From: Candidatus Latescibacterota bacterium
GTDB lineage: Bacteria > Latescibacterota > UBA2968 > UBA8231
DNA: 64,000 nucleotides
Direction of reading: 5' to 3'
NCBI GenBank assembly: GCA_029941565.1
Contig: JAPYRN010000025.1
Coordinates: 6,030 to 70,029, forward strand
The position numbers and the translations under genes were made by a program. Each line of letters starts with the position of its first letter. Position 1 is the stretch's first letter. The notes beneath the pieces are model-generated. The model had not been told where the DNA came from and searched no databases. It saw only the letters and a list, made by a program, of their open reading frames with translations. Shown in pieces: positions 1 to 9,111 of this stretch.

Positions 1-1034
1 TGCAGAAAGAATGGCTGGAAGTAGACAAAGCGGCCGTCGAAGAAACCACCGTCGAAGCCGGTTGTGCGCAGGTTTTCCGTAGGGTCTGCGTCGTACGCTT
101 CCCAGCGCGTGGGATCGGTGAAGTCGCCACGTGTATCGAAGCGCACGATCTTGGCGTGGCCGTAGGCACAGTAGTACAACCACGTGCCATCGAAGACGGC
201 ACCTACGGCCAACTCGTAGCCATGGGGGCGCACGTCGTACACCTGCCAGGACTGCGGCTCGTCGAAGGCCTCTGCCGTATCGTAGCGCACCGCCATGCCA
301 CTGTACAGTGGCACGAAGTAGACATACCGCCCGTCGAAGGCACCGCCATCAAAGCAGGCCGACGCGGTTCCAAGAAATCCCGTCACATCGATGGATACGT
401 AACTGGATTGATTCTTGAAGTCGGCCCGTGTGTCGTAGCGGATCACCCGCCCGCAGTGTTCGTCCTCTTTCTCCGGGTTGCCGGAAAAGCCTGGACAGAA
501 GTAGATGTAACGCCCGTCGAAGGCGGCGCCCTGCTGCGAATGCGCCTCGCCCACGTCGAAAGCCGCCCAACTGTCGGCGTTGTCGAAGACGCCCTCTGTA
601 TCCAGGCGCAGGACGCGGCTGTGGTATTGCACCATGTCCAGCTGCCTGGGGACGAAGTAGACATACCGTCCGTCGAACACACCGCCGTAATACCCGCGCG
701 TGTCCATACCATCGGTACGTCCCGCATCGTACGCGACAAAGGCAGCCGGATCATCGAAGTCGGCATGTGTATCAAGGCGTAGGACGATGCCGTGTGTGGG
801 ACAACCCGCCTCCCCGTGCATTTCCGGCACGAAGTAGACGTAGCGGCCATCACAGACGGCGCCAAAATATCCCCGCGATGGCAGGCCATCGGTCTGGCCG
901 GCATCGACCGCGGCAAAACCGGGCCACCGATCCGGAGGGCGCCACTGCGAGACCAGCGCCTGCAGCCCCTCGCCGCGGCCATCCGTCGCCTCGACCCAGG
1001 CGCTGACCGTTATGCCCTGTGCCGGGTTCGTCAT
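1..1034 (-). CDS. Repeat (probable beta-propeller) protein with G-x-x-FDGRYxYFxP repeats; runs off the window edge (3' partial)
   Basis: Not in the ORF track. Manually translated from ATG 1034 (ATGA overlap with the permease stop): MTNPAQGITVSAWVE...GAVCDGRYVYFVP...GGVFDGRYVYFVP...AAFDGRYIYFCP...GAFDGRYVYFVP...AVFDGTWLYY...GFFDGRFVYFQP, open to position 1. Confidence 0.85.
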   Translation of the reverse strand, partial: MTNPAQGITVSAWVEATDGRGEGLQALVSQWRPPDRWPGFAAVDAGQTDGLPSRGYFGAVCDGRYVYFVPEMHGEAGCPTHGIVLRLDTHADFDDPAAFVAYDAGRTDGMDTRGYYGGVFDGRYVYFVPRQLDMVQYHSRVLRLDTEGVFDNADSWAAFDVGEAHSQQGAAFDGRYIYFCPGFSGNPEKEDEHCGRVIRYDTRADFKNQSSYVSIDVTGFLGTASACFDGGAFDGRYVYFVPLYSGMAVRYDTAEAFDEPQSWQVYDVRPHGYELAVGAVFDGTWLYYCAYGHAKIVRFDTRGDFTDPTRWEAYDADPTENLRTTGFDGGFFDGRFVYFQPFFL

Positions 1035-1873
1035 CCCTTCACCGCTCCCTGCGTGATCCCCCGGGTGATGTGGTCCTGCAGCAGCGCGAATATGACGAGC
1101 GCCGGCACGCTGGCCAGCAGGATCCCGGCGAAGAGCTCCGTCCACTGGGCACTGTACTCGGCACGTTGGGCCATGTAGAACAGTCCGAGTGGCAAGGTAG
1201 CACTCTCCTTCTGTAGAAACAGCAAGGCCAGGAAGAATTCGTTCCACAGGCTGACGAAATTCAGCAGGAACGCCGAGACCAGTCCCGGCCAGGCAAGGGG
1301 CATCATGATCTGCCAGAATGTGCGCAGTGGCGAAGCACCGTCGATGGCTGCGGACTCCTCCATTTCCCCGGGGAGACTGGCGAAAAAACCACGCAGTACG
1401 AACGTATTGAAGGGAATGCCGGAGGCCACATACAGCAGCACCAGCGGCAGCAGGCCACTGGCGAGCCCCATCTTGCTCATCATGAAAAACAGTGGCACGA
1501 AGGTCAACATGAGCGGCACCATATAGCCCACCAGCAGGTAGCGGGCGATGGTCTCGCGCAGGGGAAAGACGACTCGCGCCAACACGTAAGCGGCGAAGGC
1601 GGAAATCAACACCGAGACACCAGCTCCGACTGTCGCCGCCAGCAGGCTGTTGCCGAAGTAATAACCCATCCGGGCCGTCGCCCACGCCGATCGATAGTTG
1701 TCGAATGATGGAGCCTGAGGTACCGAAAATGGACTGGTCGTGAGGAATTCCGTCGTCGTCTTCAGCGAAATCAGGAAGACCCAGACGAATGCGGACAGCG
1801 TACTGAGGCCCGCCAAGGCCAGGGCCAGATAGACCAGGCCGCGGCTGAATGTCGGCTGCCGCTGCGTGGACAT
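1031..1873 (-). CDS. Carbohydrate ABC transporter permease (MalG-like)
   Basis: EAA loop EESAAIDGAS, FVSLWNEF motif, multiple TM helices; start trimmed to MSTQRQ. Confidence 0.92.
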   Translation of the reverse strand: MSTQRQPTFSRGLVYLALALAGLSTLSAFVWVFLISLKTTTEFLTTSPFSVPQAPSFDNYRSAWATARMGYYFGNSLLAATVGAGVSVLISAFAAYVLARVVFPLRETIARYLLVGYMVPLMLTFVPLFFMMSKMGLASGLLPLVLLYVASGIPFNTFVLRGFFASLPGEMEESAAIDGASPLRTFWQIMMPLAWPGLVSAFLLNFVSLWNEFFLALLFLQKESATLPLGLFYMAQRAEYSAQWTELFAGILLASVPALVIFALLQDHITRGITQGAVKG

Positions 1874-1878
1874 GCCTG

Positions 1879-2763
1879 TCAATACTCCACCGTGTCCCGC
1901 CGTGTCAGTCGCTCCATCACGAGGCTGGTAACAAGGATCACCAGCATCAACGCCGTCGCCAGAGCGCAGGCCAACCCCCATTGGTGGCTGGCAAAGGCGC
2001 GCTTGTAGATCAACGTCGCCATGACCTCCGCCGCGCCGGCGGCACCCCCGTGGGGGACCATCACCCAGACCTGCGCGAATACCTGCAATGACAGAATGAT
2101 CCAGAGCACGAAGAGCAGCCGCAGAACCCCCCACAGCAGCGGCAGGGTCACATGGCGGTATACCTGCCACTCGCTGGCGCCGTCCATGCGAGCCGCCTCC
2201 CCCAGTTCATTGGGAATCCGCTCGAGACCGGCGCTCAGCAGCAGTACCCACATGCCCAGCTGGTGCCAGGCTGTGGCCAGGATCACCGCCGCCAGGGCCG
2301 TGCGTGAGTCCCCCAGCCATGGCAGCGCCCAGGCGTCGAGACCGATCGCTCGAAGTGCCACGTCGAACGGCCCGAATACGGGATTGTAGAGCAGTTTCCA
2401 CAGCAGACCGACGACGACGACGGACAACACGAGAGGGGCGATCAGCAGGTAACGAAATACCGACTTGAAACGGATGCTGCAGCTCAGGGCCCAGCTGAAG
2501 AACAGGGCGGGCCCGAACACGACGAAACCGCCCGCCGCCGCGAACACCACCGTGTGGGCGAAAGCGGTGCGCACCTGCGGGTCCATGAGCAGCAGGCGGT
2601 AGTTGCCAAGACCGAAGAAAGGGCGTGCCAGCGTGTGGCCCTGCCAATTCGTGAAGGAGTAGGCCAGGGTCAGCGCCAGAGGCACGAAGATCAACAGGCT
2701 GTAGATGCACAGTGTCGGCAGCAGGAAGGGCAGCACAAGCCGCCGACGGGCACGCTCGATCAC
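1879..2763 (-). CDS. Carbohydrate ABC transporter permease (MalF-like)
   Basis: YSFTNW, GLGNY and EAARMDGAS motifs; GTG start overlaps the SBP stop (GTGA). Confidence 0.92.
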   Translation of the reverse strand: MIERARRRLVLPFLLPTLCIYSLLIFVPLALTLAYSFTNWQGHTLARPFFGLGNYRLLLMDPQVRTAFAHTVVFAAAGGFVVFGPALFFSWALSCSIRFKSVFRYLLIAPLVLSVVVVGLLWKLLYNPVFGPFDVALRAIGLDAWALPWLGDSRTALAAVILATAWHQLGMWVLLLSAGLERIPNELGEAARMDGASEWQVYRHVTLPLLWGVLRLLFVLWIILSLQVFAQVWVMVPHGGAAGAAEVMATLIYKRAFASHQWGLACALATALMLVILVTSLVMERLTRRDTVEY

Positions 2764-4073
2764 TTCCCGGCTCCCCGCTGGGCGCGCACGGCCACGAGAT
2801 TGGCATCGATCTCGCGTAATGCCTGCTCCGGTGTATGGCGACCGAGCCACATCTCCACCAGAGGATTGTACCAGGCATCTGCCAGACCGAACCGAGCCGA
2901 GGTAACACCGTAGTTGTAGTAGATGAATTCCGCGTCGTCAGCGCCTGTCAGCACGCGCTCGATGCCATGCACGCCATCCGGCATGGGCGCCCCCGCAACG
3001 GGGCTGATAGCACCCAGGTCGCGAGCGCGGATTTCAGCCGCTCGCCGGCTGGTCAAACGGCGCACATACTCCACGGCAAGAGCCGCCTCCTGCGTATGGG
3101 CGGAGACGCTCCAGCTCAAGACCCGGCCGAAGTAGGCTGCGGCTTCCGCGGCGCCTTCGACCTGCGGGAATGGCGCCACGCCCAAGTGAAAATCCGGCGG
3201 AATCGAATCCTTCATCTCGGTCATAAGCCAGCTGCCCATGAGGATCATCGCTGCCCGCCCCTGAAAGAAATAGATCTGCGTCGTCGTGAAGTCCGTCCCC
3301 TCCCAGCCGTCGATCAGGTAGTCCTTCTCCCGCAAGGCGTGCATCTGTTGCGCCGCACGCAGGGCGCGAGGGTCCTCGGCCAGCGGCATGGACGGATTCG
3401 CATAGAGGTGGTCATGGACGGCATCGGCACCAGCCTGCTGTTGGAGGAGATGATCGAACCACATGCCAACGTAGAAGTTGACCTGGCCACTGACGGCGAT
3501 GGGCGCCACACCTTTGGCCTTGATCACCTCACACAGCTGCAACAACTGTTCCCACGTCGTGGGTGGCTGCAGTCCCCACGCATCGAACAGGCCCTGATTG
3601 TAATGCAGCAGATGCAGCACCACCTGCTCCGGGGCGGCGTAGATCCGGCCCTTGTAGGTCATGGAACGACGGAACAGGGGGTGAAAATCATCCTGCCAAC
3701 GGCTGCCATCCGGCCTGGGCTCAGCCATTGCGTCGGACAGATCCATGAGGAAACCACCATCGACCCAGTCGAAGGTGTTGGCATCCATGCCATCGAATAC
3801 GAGATCGACGTCGAGGGCGTTGCCGGCGAGCATGCGGGTTTCGATGGCAGGTCGTGCCGCCGTGTTGTTGAAGGTGTATCTCACCCTTGCCCCGGTGGTG
3901 TCATGCTCCAGACCTGCACCGATGGTGTGCACCATGTCGTACAGCGGTGCTCCCTGCTCGTAGAGCACACCTACTTCGAGCTCCCGCGATGGCGGCTCAC
4001 CGGCATCCGTGCCGTCAGTCCCACAGCCGCTGATCGCGACCCCGACTGCCAGCAGGAACAACAGCACTGTCAT
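2760..4073 (-). CDS. ABC transporter sugar-binding lipoprotein
   Basis: Lipobox AISGC; YNQGLF..PPTTWEQL and FFQGRAAMILMGSW motifs; ATGA overlap with the upstream gene. Confidence 0.9.
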   Translation of the reverse strand: MTVLLFLLAVGVAISGCGTDGTDAGEPPSRELEVGVLYEQGAPLYDMVHTIGAGLEHDTTGARVRYTFNNTAARPAIETRMLAGNALDVDLVFDGMDANTFDWVDGGFLMDLSDAMAEPRPDGSRWQDDFHPLFRRSMTYKGRIYAAPEQVVLHLLHYNQGLFDAWGLQPPTTWEQLLQLCEVIKAKGVAPIAVSGQVNFYVGMWFDHLLQQQAGADAVHDHLYANPSMPLAEDPRALRAAQQMHALREKDYLIDGWEGTDFTTTQIYFFQGRAAMILMGSWLMTEMKDSIPPDFHLGVAPFPQVEGAAEAAAYFGRVLSWSVSAHTQEAALAVEYVRRLTSRRAAEIRARDLGAISPVAGAPMPDGVHGIERVLTGADDAEFIYYNYGVTSARFGLADAWYNPLVEMWLGRHTPEQALREIDANLVAVRAQRGAGK

Positions 4074-6016
4074 GATCGAGCCTGCCCCTGGGCGTTGATC
4101 TCGAATACCCACTCGCCGCCTGTCGTCGGTTCGGGGGGCCGAAGGCGCAGGCGAAAGAGGCGGTTTCCCCAGCTCTCCTGCAGACGTAGATCATCGAGGT
4201 TCAGCGTCTCGATTTCGACACGCAGGGCGGGATCGTGACGCAGGGTCGCCGCGCCGGAGAAACGATCACCAGGCAACGAGCGCGAAGCGAAATGCAACAT
4301 GCCTGATTCCGTGGTGACGTTACTGGGCGTGATGAAGTTGAATATGATCTCCCGCGCGCCGGCGCAGCGCACCCGGTCAACCACGCACACGCCGCCATCC
4401 GGGCGCTGCAGTGTCACCTCCCGCACCCAGGACTGCAGTTCGGCCTCTGGTGCGTATGTATCGCTGATGTCGGCACGGAAGCGGACGGTATGCTCATCGA
4501 TCTGACACTGGACATCCCGCGCCTGACGCTGATTCTGGTCGGTGTATTTGACCCCGCCGGGCAGATAACGGCGCGCCGGCAACTGCTGCTGACCACCCAC
4601 TTCTGGCAGATTGTGATACGCCGACTGCATGGTCCAGATGTCGTAGCGCCTGTCGCTGAAGGTCTGCGCCGTGTAGGTACCGACACCGGCATCGACGAGG
4701 ACCGGCTTGCCATCGGCAAAAACGATCAGATTGCCCACGTCATTGTGATTGTGTGATTCCGCATTCGTCCCTCCTTTGACGGCGACGAACAGCCCCTCCG
4801 TACTGCCACCGTGCTGACGTGCCGTCAGGACCTGGATGCCGGGCAACCAGCTTGTTTGCGGATATGGAGGACGGACATCACCAGCCTCCAGGGCGTCGAG
4901 CAGGAATAGGGCATACAGCTGGCGCCCGATACCGCCGTTGGATCCGGCGGAGAGCATGCCGGCATCGTGATGGACCCAGCCACCCATTCGCATCAGCTCG
5001 GGATCACCGATTCGTTTTCCATATGTGAACAGCACCGGCGCACAGGGCAGGATTATCGCTGGGGCATCCGCAAAGTTGACGAACCAGCGGTCGGAGATCT
5101 GTGTCCTGGCAGGGAATCGACCGATTTCGGCGACCTTCGGATGATCGTAGACATTGATGGCACCATCCGTGGCGGCGTACAACAGTTCGAGACATTCCAG
5201 CAGACTGGCACCGGCACGGTTCCAGTATCCGGGACCTTCGTCACAGCCCCCGTCATCGGCATAACAGTGCAGGAAGATGTCTAGACTGCGCAGGATCTTC
5301 GCCACCGCCTCGCATTGTGATCCCGCCTCCTGTTCGATGAGCAGTATCGTCGTCAACCAGTTGCTGCAGACCCACGGCGTCCAGTTGTTCACCGGCACAC
5401 CTGAGAATCCCATCCACCAGAAGTCGTCGCGCGCCAGACAGACGTCCAGGACCCGCGTACGTAGCTCGTGCTCGATGCGACGGCGCAGCATGGGTGATAC
5501 CTCGTCGAGGCTCTCCCCCAACAATGTCTGCGTCCATGCCAGCAGCGCCGCCGTCTCTCCCGTGCCCAACTCGACGATACGCTCAGCCGGGTCTGGGAAG
5601 CCGCGACCCGCCTGCTGCATGTAGAGGGGCCCCGGGTTGCCCCAATAACTCTCCTCGCAGATCGCCCAGATGCCGTTGGCGATATCGTCGACAAAGCGAC
5701 CCTCAGCCTCGACGCATTCCGACAACACCAGCGCCCCGAGAGCGACACGACGCGCAGCACGCACATCCAGCAGGTCGGTCTGTCGCCCATGTCGGCGGTA
5801 GATCAGGTAATGCCGCGCCTGCACGGCAGGCCAGTCAAAGCCAGTGTGCGCCTCGCCGGCGGTGACAACGGCGGACCGGGCAGCGGCGGGCAGACCGGCC
5901 CAGGCACCACGCTCAGAGCGTGTCGGATAGAGGTGGCACGATCCGGGAGTGCCAAGCACGTCACCGAGTCTGGGCACAAAGCGGGAGAGAATCGGTTCGG
6001 GTGCTGGGTCCGCCAT
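4070..6016 (-). CDS. Heparinase II/III-like polysaccharide lyase
   Basis: NNWTPW, DGGCDEGPGYW, FVNFAD, SHNHNDVG and DAGVGTY..SAYHN motifs; no obvious signal peptide. Confidence 0.85.
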   Translation of the reverse strand: MADPAPEPILSRFVPRLGDVLGTPGSCHLYPTRSERGAWAGLPAAARSAVVTAGEAHTGFDWPAVQARHYLIYRRHGRQTDLLDVRAARRVALGALVLSECVEAEGRFVDDIANGIWAICEESYWGNPGPLYMQQAGRGFPDPAERIVELGTGETAALLAWTQTLLGESLDEVSPMLRRRIEHELRTRVLDVCLARDDFWWMGFSGVPVNNWTPWVCSNWLTTILLIEQEAGSQCEAVAKILRSLDIFLHCYADDGGCDEGPGYWNRAGASLLECLELLYAATDGAINVYDHPKVAEIGRFPARTQISDRWFVNFADAPAIILPCAPVLFTYGKRIGDPELMRMGGWVHHDAGMLSAGSNGGIGRQLYALFLLDALEAGDVRPPYPQTSWLPGIQVLTARQHGGSTEGLFVAVKGGTNAESHNHNDVGNLIVFADGKPVLVDAGVGTYTAQTFSDRRYDIWTMQSAYHNLPEVGGQQQLPARRYLPGGVKYTDQNQRQARDVQCQIDEHTVRFRADISDTYAPEAELQSWVREVTLQRPDGGVCVVDRVRCAGAREIIFNFITPSNVTTESGMLHFASRSLPGDRFSGAATLRHDPALRVEIETLNLDDLRLQESWGNRLFRLRLRPPEPTTGGEWVFEINAQGQARS

Positions 6017-6029
6017 CTGCAACCGGGCT

Positions 6030-6476
6030 TTAAAGCCGGACCTTGACGACCGCCTTCTTCACCGGTGTCGGTTCAACGATCTCCATACCCGGCATGTGGG
6101 CGTCCTGCGGCCACAGAATCATGAAGTGCCCGGCATGCAACTCGATGAACATGCCTTCGCCATGGAGGGGCAAAAAGTCACGACTCTCATCGTACTGTCC
6201 CGCATTCAGGCGAGCCGTCGGTGTATATCCCATGTGTTCGGCACCGGTGACGACGAGTTGGATGTCGGCATATTGCCGATGTGCCTCCCAGAAACCATCC
6301 GCCTTGGGTTTGGCATCATACTCCTGCACCATGACAAAAACATCATCCCCGTCGATGTCATAACGTTCCGGCGCCATACTTGCCACGTCACTGTCGACAA
6401 GCCAGCGCAAACCTTTCTCGAAGCGCGCACCGAGAGCGTGATACTGCGCCGCATTCTGCAAGTCATCGATAACCAC
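6030..6476 (-). CDS. YhcH/YjgK/YiaL family protein (sugar anomerase-like)
   Basis: WEAHRQYADIQ, FMILWPQDAHMP and VKKAVVKV motifs. Confidence 0.92.
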   Translation of the reverse strand: MVIDDLQNAAQYHALGARFEKGLRWLVDSDVASMAPERYDIDGDDVFVMVQEYDAKPKADGFWEAHRQYADIQLVVTGAEHMGYTPTARLNAGQYDESRDFLPLHGEGMFIELHAGHFMILWPQDAHMPGMEIVEPTPVKKAVVKVRL

Positions 6477-6564
6477 GTAGGTCCTCCTTGGGATTGTGCG
6501 ATGGGAGTGGCGTGGGCGGCAAAGATAGTGAAGTGCAAGCCCACGCCAATGATGAGCTCGATGC

Positions 6565-6593
6565 TTGACGGACTCCGACAGCTACCGTATCGT
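6565..6593 (+). promoter_or_regulatory. Putative sigma70 promoter for the riboswitch transcript
   Basis: TTGACG-17 nt-TATCGT just upstream of the riboswitch. Confidence 0.55.
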
Positions 6594-6605
6594 AGGCAAA
6601 TCATA

Positions 6606-6822
6606 ACGGCACGGGTGCCCGATATTTGCTCGCTTGGTGCGTGAATATCGGGAGAATAGGGAAGGCAGTGAAATTCTGCCGCGGTCCCGCCACTGTGACC
6701 GGTCAACCAGGAGCCAGATCTTTGCCCCTGGTGCGTTGAGGACGAAGACCCACTGATCATCACCATGGTCGGGAAGGGGGTCATCAGCGAGTACCGGAAG
6801 TCAGGAGACCTGCCTGCGCCGT
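6606..6822 (+). promoter_or_regulatory. Cobalamin riboswitch
   Basis: GGTG...AATAGGGAA-GGCAGTGAAATTCTGCC-GCGGTCCCGCCACTGTGA...GGGAAG...AAGTCAGGAGACCTGCC (B12 box); lies upstream of a TonB receptor and cobS/cobC. Confidence 0.95.
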
Positions 6823-6846
6823 CGAACGGAAACCTTCGACGAAAAG

Positions 6847-9111
6847 GTGGTTCGCCTGCGCTCTCGCGTAGTCATACCCCGTCCTCTTCGTAGGGCGGGG
6901 TTTTCTGTTTTGTCCTCCCTGCTCCTGGCGGCCCTGGCGCAACAGGCCGACGCCGGTCAGCTACAGGGACGGGTCGTAGACTCCGACTCTCGTGAGGCAG
7001 TTGTAGGCGTCGTATTGCGTGCCTCGCCTGCTGCTGGTGGCACCCCGGCTCACGCTGTCAGCGACACCGGTGGGCGGTTCCATTTGCAGGAACTATCCCC
7101 GGGGACATGGAAACTGGTCGCCCGCTCTCTCGCCTATCACGCCGGCGATACCTCCATCGTTGTCGGCGATAGCGTCGTCACCGTCGTCATCGGCCTGGTA
7201 TCACTGCCATTGGTCATGGACGAGGTCGTCGTCCACGCCCGTCGGGATGCGGGTCGACGACCGGCGGCCTTTGTCGAGAGACTTGACCTGGCAGACAGTC
7301 CCGCCGGCGCCGACTTGCCACAGATCCTCGAGCAGGCCAGTGGCGTAGATATCCGCCGCTACGGCGGTCTCGGCGCCTTCAGCAGCCTGTCGATTCGTGG
7401 CTCCACGTCGGAGCAGGTCCTCGTATTCCTCGACGGAGTCCCACTCAACCAGGCGGTGGGCGGCGGTGTCGATCTCGGCACCCTGCCCGTCGGTGGCGTT
7501 GAGTCCATCGACGTCTATCGTGGCGCCGTTCCTGGCCGCTTTGGCGGCAACGGACTGGGTGGTGTCATTCATCTTCGCTCCCGCCCAGCCGGTGGACCAG
7601 CTTTGGCCCACCTGCGGGCACAGGTCGGCGCCTTCGGCACCAAAAAGTTGTCGGCATCCGTCGGCGGCAGGCGCAACGACTGGGATGGACTGCTTCTCGT
7701 CGACTATTCCCACAGCGACAATGACTTTCGCTTCCTGGATGACAACGGCACACAGTACAACCTCGTCGACGACGAATGGACGACACGGCTCAACAGTGAT
7801 TTCGACTCGGGACGGATCATGGTGCGCGCTGCTCGCCATGTCGCCGACTCCCGGGTGCAACTGTCGCACACGCAGGATGTCAGCCACCGTGGCCTGCCCG
7901 GCATCGGCAATTTCCAGGCCCTGCATACACGTTTCGACACCCGTCGTCGCATCAGCGAGGTCAATCTCTTTGGCCCCATGGCCGATGGCCGTGCTGGATA
8001 TCGTCTGAAGATGTACCGATCCGCTGAGCGGACGGAGTACAAAGATCTGCACGGCGAGGTGGGCACCGGCACACAACACGATCGCAATACGACGACATCC
8101 ACCGGTCTGCGACTGGAGGGAAATGTCCTCTTCAGAGGCCTGCTGGCGACGCTCTTTGGTGGGGGTCACCAGGAACGATTTTCGCCAGAACGCCGACTCG
8201 ACCCACAGCCATTCTCACCCTCGAGCCGGCGCATGGGGACACGTGCTGGTGCCGAGGCAGAGCTCAGTGGTTTCGCTGAGCGACTCCTGCTCCATGCCGG
8301 TGTGCAGATGGAGCATCTACGAGATGACTTCGCTGACACCGAGAGCACTGACCAGATCGAACACACCCAGACTCTGTGGAGTTCCCGTCTGGGTCTGGTC
8401 ATCGACATCGTCAATGGCTGGAAGTTGCAGACCCACGTCGGCAGGTATGGCCGCCCCCCTGGGTTCTTCGAACTCTTCGGTGATCGCGGCGCCGTCGTCG
8501 GCAACACCGATCTGGTGAGCGAGACCGGTCTGAATCTCGATGCTGGACTCCTCTACCGCGGCGAGGTGACACACAGTGGCCTGCGGTTGGTGGAGGTCGT
8601 GATCTACAACAACGAAGTCGATGATCTGATCCGCTTCGTGCAGAACTCACAGCGGGTCTCCCGTCCACACAACATCGGCCGCGCCCGCTTGCGCGGTATC
8701 GAGACCCGCGCCCGTGGTGTGCTCGCCACACGCCTGCACTTCGAGGGTAGTTATACACGGCAGCGGGCCGAAAATCTCTCCCCATTTTCCTTCGAGACCG
8801 GAAAGGATCTGCCCAACGCACCGCCCCGTCGTCTGCGCAGCCGAGTCACTGTGGACGTGTCGGTTCTCTCACTGCACTACGAGCTCAGCCATGAGAGTCG
8901 CCACTTCCTTGACCGGGCCAACCTGAGACCCATACCGGCGCGCACCGTGCACACAACAGGGGTTCGTTGCCGCGTGGGCGATGCGATCTCCATGGCCATC
9001 GAATTGCGCAACCTGACCGATAACCAGGTCGCCGACCTGTGGGGTTATCCGCTCCCAGGTCGCGCCGCCTTTGTCTCCCTAGACATCGACCTCTCCCTCT
9101 CCAGGAACTGA
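6847..9111 (+). CDS. btuB: TonB-dependent receptor, probably for cobalamin (BtuB-like), with an N-terminal carboxypeptidase-regulatory-like domain
   Basis: Plug motifs SIRGSTSEQVLVFLDGVPLN and VESIDVYRG; C-terminal NLTD..GYPLPGR; B12 riboswitch upstream. Start uncertain (6847 or 6910). Confidence 0.88.
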   Translation: MVRLRSRVVIPRPLRRAGFSVLSSLLLAALAQQADAGQLQGRVVDSDSREAVVGVVLRASPAAGGTPAHAVSDTGGRFHLQELSPGTWKLVARSLAYHAGDTSIVVGDSVVTVVIGLVSLPLVMDEVVVHARRDAGRRPAAFVERLDLADSPAGADLPQILEQASGVDIRRYGGLGAFSSLSIRGSTSEQVLVFLDGVPLNQAVGGGVDLGTLPVGGVESIDVYRGAVPGRFGGNGLGGVIHLRSRPAGGPALAHLRAQVGAFGTKKLSASVGGRRNDWDGLLLVDYSHSDNDFRFLDDNGTQYNLVDDEWTTRLNSDFDSGRIMVRAARHVADSRVQLSHTQDVSHRGLPGIGNFQALHTRFDTRRRISEVNLFGPMADGRAGYRLKMYRSAERTEYKDLHGEVGTGTQHDRNTTTSTGLRLEGNVLFRGLLATLFGGGHQERFSPERRLDPQPFSPSSRRMGTRAGAEAELSGFAERLLLHAGVQMEHLRDDFADTESTDQIEHTQTLWSSRLGLVIDIVNGWKLQTHVGRYGRPPGFFELFGDRGAVVGNTDLVSETGLNLDAGLLYRGEVTHSGLRLVEVVIYNNEVDDLIRFVQNSQRVSRPHNIGRARLRGIETRARGVLATRLHFEGSYTRQRAENLSPFSFETGKDLPNAPPRRLRSRVTVDVSVLSLHYELSHESRHFLDRANLRPIPARTVHTTGVRCRVGDAISMAIELRNLTDNQVADLWGYPLPGRAAFVSLDIDLSLSRN
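6877..6911 (+). terminator. Putative riboswitch expression-platform terminator
   Basis: CCCCGTCCT-CTTCGT-AGGGCGGGG followed by TTTTCTGTTTT. Confidence 0.6.

Noticed and set aside
1-900. Recurring GAAGTAGAC...CCGTCGAA DNA motifs resembling a spaced repeat array
   Set aside because: Degenerate, spaced about 150-180 bp and explained by coding FDGRYVYF repeats. Not CRISPR, and there are no cas genes.
156-1006. Plus-strand ORFs 156-782 and 428-1006
   Set aside because: Antisense shadows of the minus-strand repeat protein.
2835-4238. 467-aa plus-strand ORF and similar long antisense ORFs (27796-28911, 53788-54873, 51589-52545)
   Set aside because: Shadow ORFs typical of high-GC genes; the opposite strand carries recognisable proteins.
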